Source: Mobula hypostoma
Taxonomy: Eukaryota
Reading direction: 5' to 3'
Assembly (NCBI RefSeq): GCF_963921235.1
Contig: NC_086108.1
Location: forward strand, 6,696,001-6,760,000
DNA: 64,000 bases
Below are positions 62,995-64,000 of the stretch, piece by piece. A program made the position numbers and the translations under genes. Positions within the stretch are counted from its first letter, which is position 1; every line of letters begins with the position of its first letter. Under the pieces are notes generated by a model. The model saw only the letters and a list, made by a program, of their open reading frames with translations, was not told the origin of the DNA and searched no databases.

Positions 62995-63578
62995 TAGGCT
63001 TTGTTCCAGGTTACATTTGACTACAAATGTGTTCAAGTATTCTATGGCTTTGAGGGTAAGAAAACAAGACCATTTCCCGACTTGTTTTAATTCTTCACTA
63101 ATTTAAAAACCTTTTTTTGAAAAAAGGAGCACGTGCCTGACAATACTTAATTTATGCACTTTACTTTGTTTATTTATGCGTAATTCATCTTGCTTTCTTA
63201 AATTGTTGTGTGTGCTACTGTTCTTTACGCCCTGGTCCAGAGAAACCTCATCTCATTTGACAGTATATAGTTAAATGACAATAAACTTGACTCTAGGTAA
63301 GTTTGAGATCTTGAGGCATCTTGACATCTACATGTCTCTAAAACTTATGAAAAATCTATACTTCAGCAAGATGGATTTCTCGTATTGTGGTTAGAAAGTT
63401 AGTTTCGTACTTAAACATGCAAAAAACTTGTAAGCATGCGTTCCTTTTTTTTAAGAAAAAGTTTTTAGATTAGTGGAGGTCTAAAGCAAGTCGGGAAATG
63501 GTCTTGTTTTCTTACTCTCAAAGCCAATAGGGTACTTTGAACACATTTGTCGTCAAATGTAACCTGGAACAAAGCCTA
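62995..63578. repeat. Inverted duplication, ~150-bp arms with a ~285-bp spacer
   Basis: 62995-63143 is the reverse complement of 63428-63578, roughly 85% identical by eye. Confidence 0.9.
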
Positions 63579-64000
63579 GCTCTTAAGCTTTCTATCGTAG
63601 CTGGCTTTACTAGATGTTAGTGTCATTTGCTTCCTGTTTAAAATGTGACGGATCAGAGTTTTAGTCATAACTAATCGGCTTTGCGCTTTAGTTTTGCCTT
63701 TTGTTGAAGATTTGACTTCAGGCACAGATTAATGAATGGGTTTTAAAAAGAATTCCAGATGTCTATGTGCACTTAATCATGGCAAAAATGTTTTTTCATT
63801 ATGGAAGATCTTGTGACTGAAATGTAAAATCTTAAACCACCGCATGCAGGTTTTGTGCTTTTATCTTTGTGTCTGTCATACCAGATAAGATGCAAGATGA
63901 AGCTGGGGGTCGGTGCGAGTGCAGAGGGAACCATTTTTTTAAAATCAGCTGGTGTCCTTGTAAGTCTGGTGACTAACAACTTGTGATCAGTGTGCAATTA

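Overview
Eukaryotic, repeat-dominated genomic DNA, most likely from a cartilaginous fish (inferred from V-SINE/HE1-like SINEs, CR1, Rex1/Babar, RTE and Penelope-like elements together). The only host gene I can support is coding exon 1 of a non-muscle alpha-actinin (ACTN4-like, + strand, 57774-57899), with its CpG-island promoter and the start of intron 1. The upstream 57 kb is mostly nested transposable elements: a full-length 4.5-kb Gypsy LTR retrotransposon (12761-17245, minus strand, 5-bp TSD CTCAT) inside a CR1; a BovB-like RTE with a 5' inversion and an 11-bp TSD that hosts a long CR1; Penelope-like elements; and Tc1 and probable Chapaev3 relics. Best novelty candidates: (1) the Gypsy element has no tRNA primer-binding site; that position holds a 15-16-nt perfect complement of its own LTR segment carrying AATAAA, suggesting self-priming and/or poly(A)-signal masking in an element without a chromodomain and with a YLDN RT motif; (2) minimal hammerhead ribozyme motifs in two Penelope families; (3) an HDV/CPEB3-like ribozyme core in a three-copy repeat, one copy next to the actinin promoter. 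All comparisons were made by eye; no searches or folding programs were run, and many repeat boundaries are approximate.
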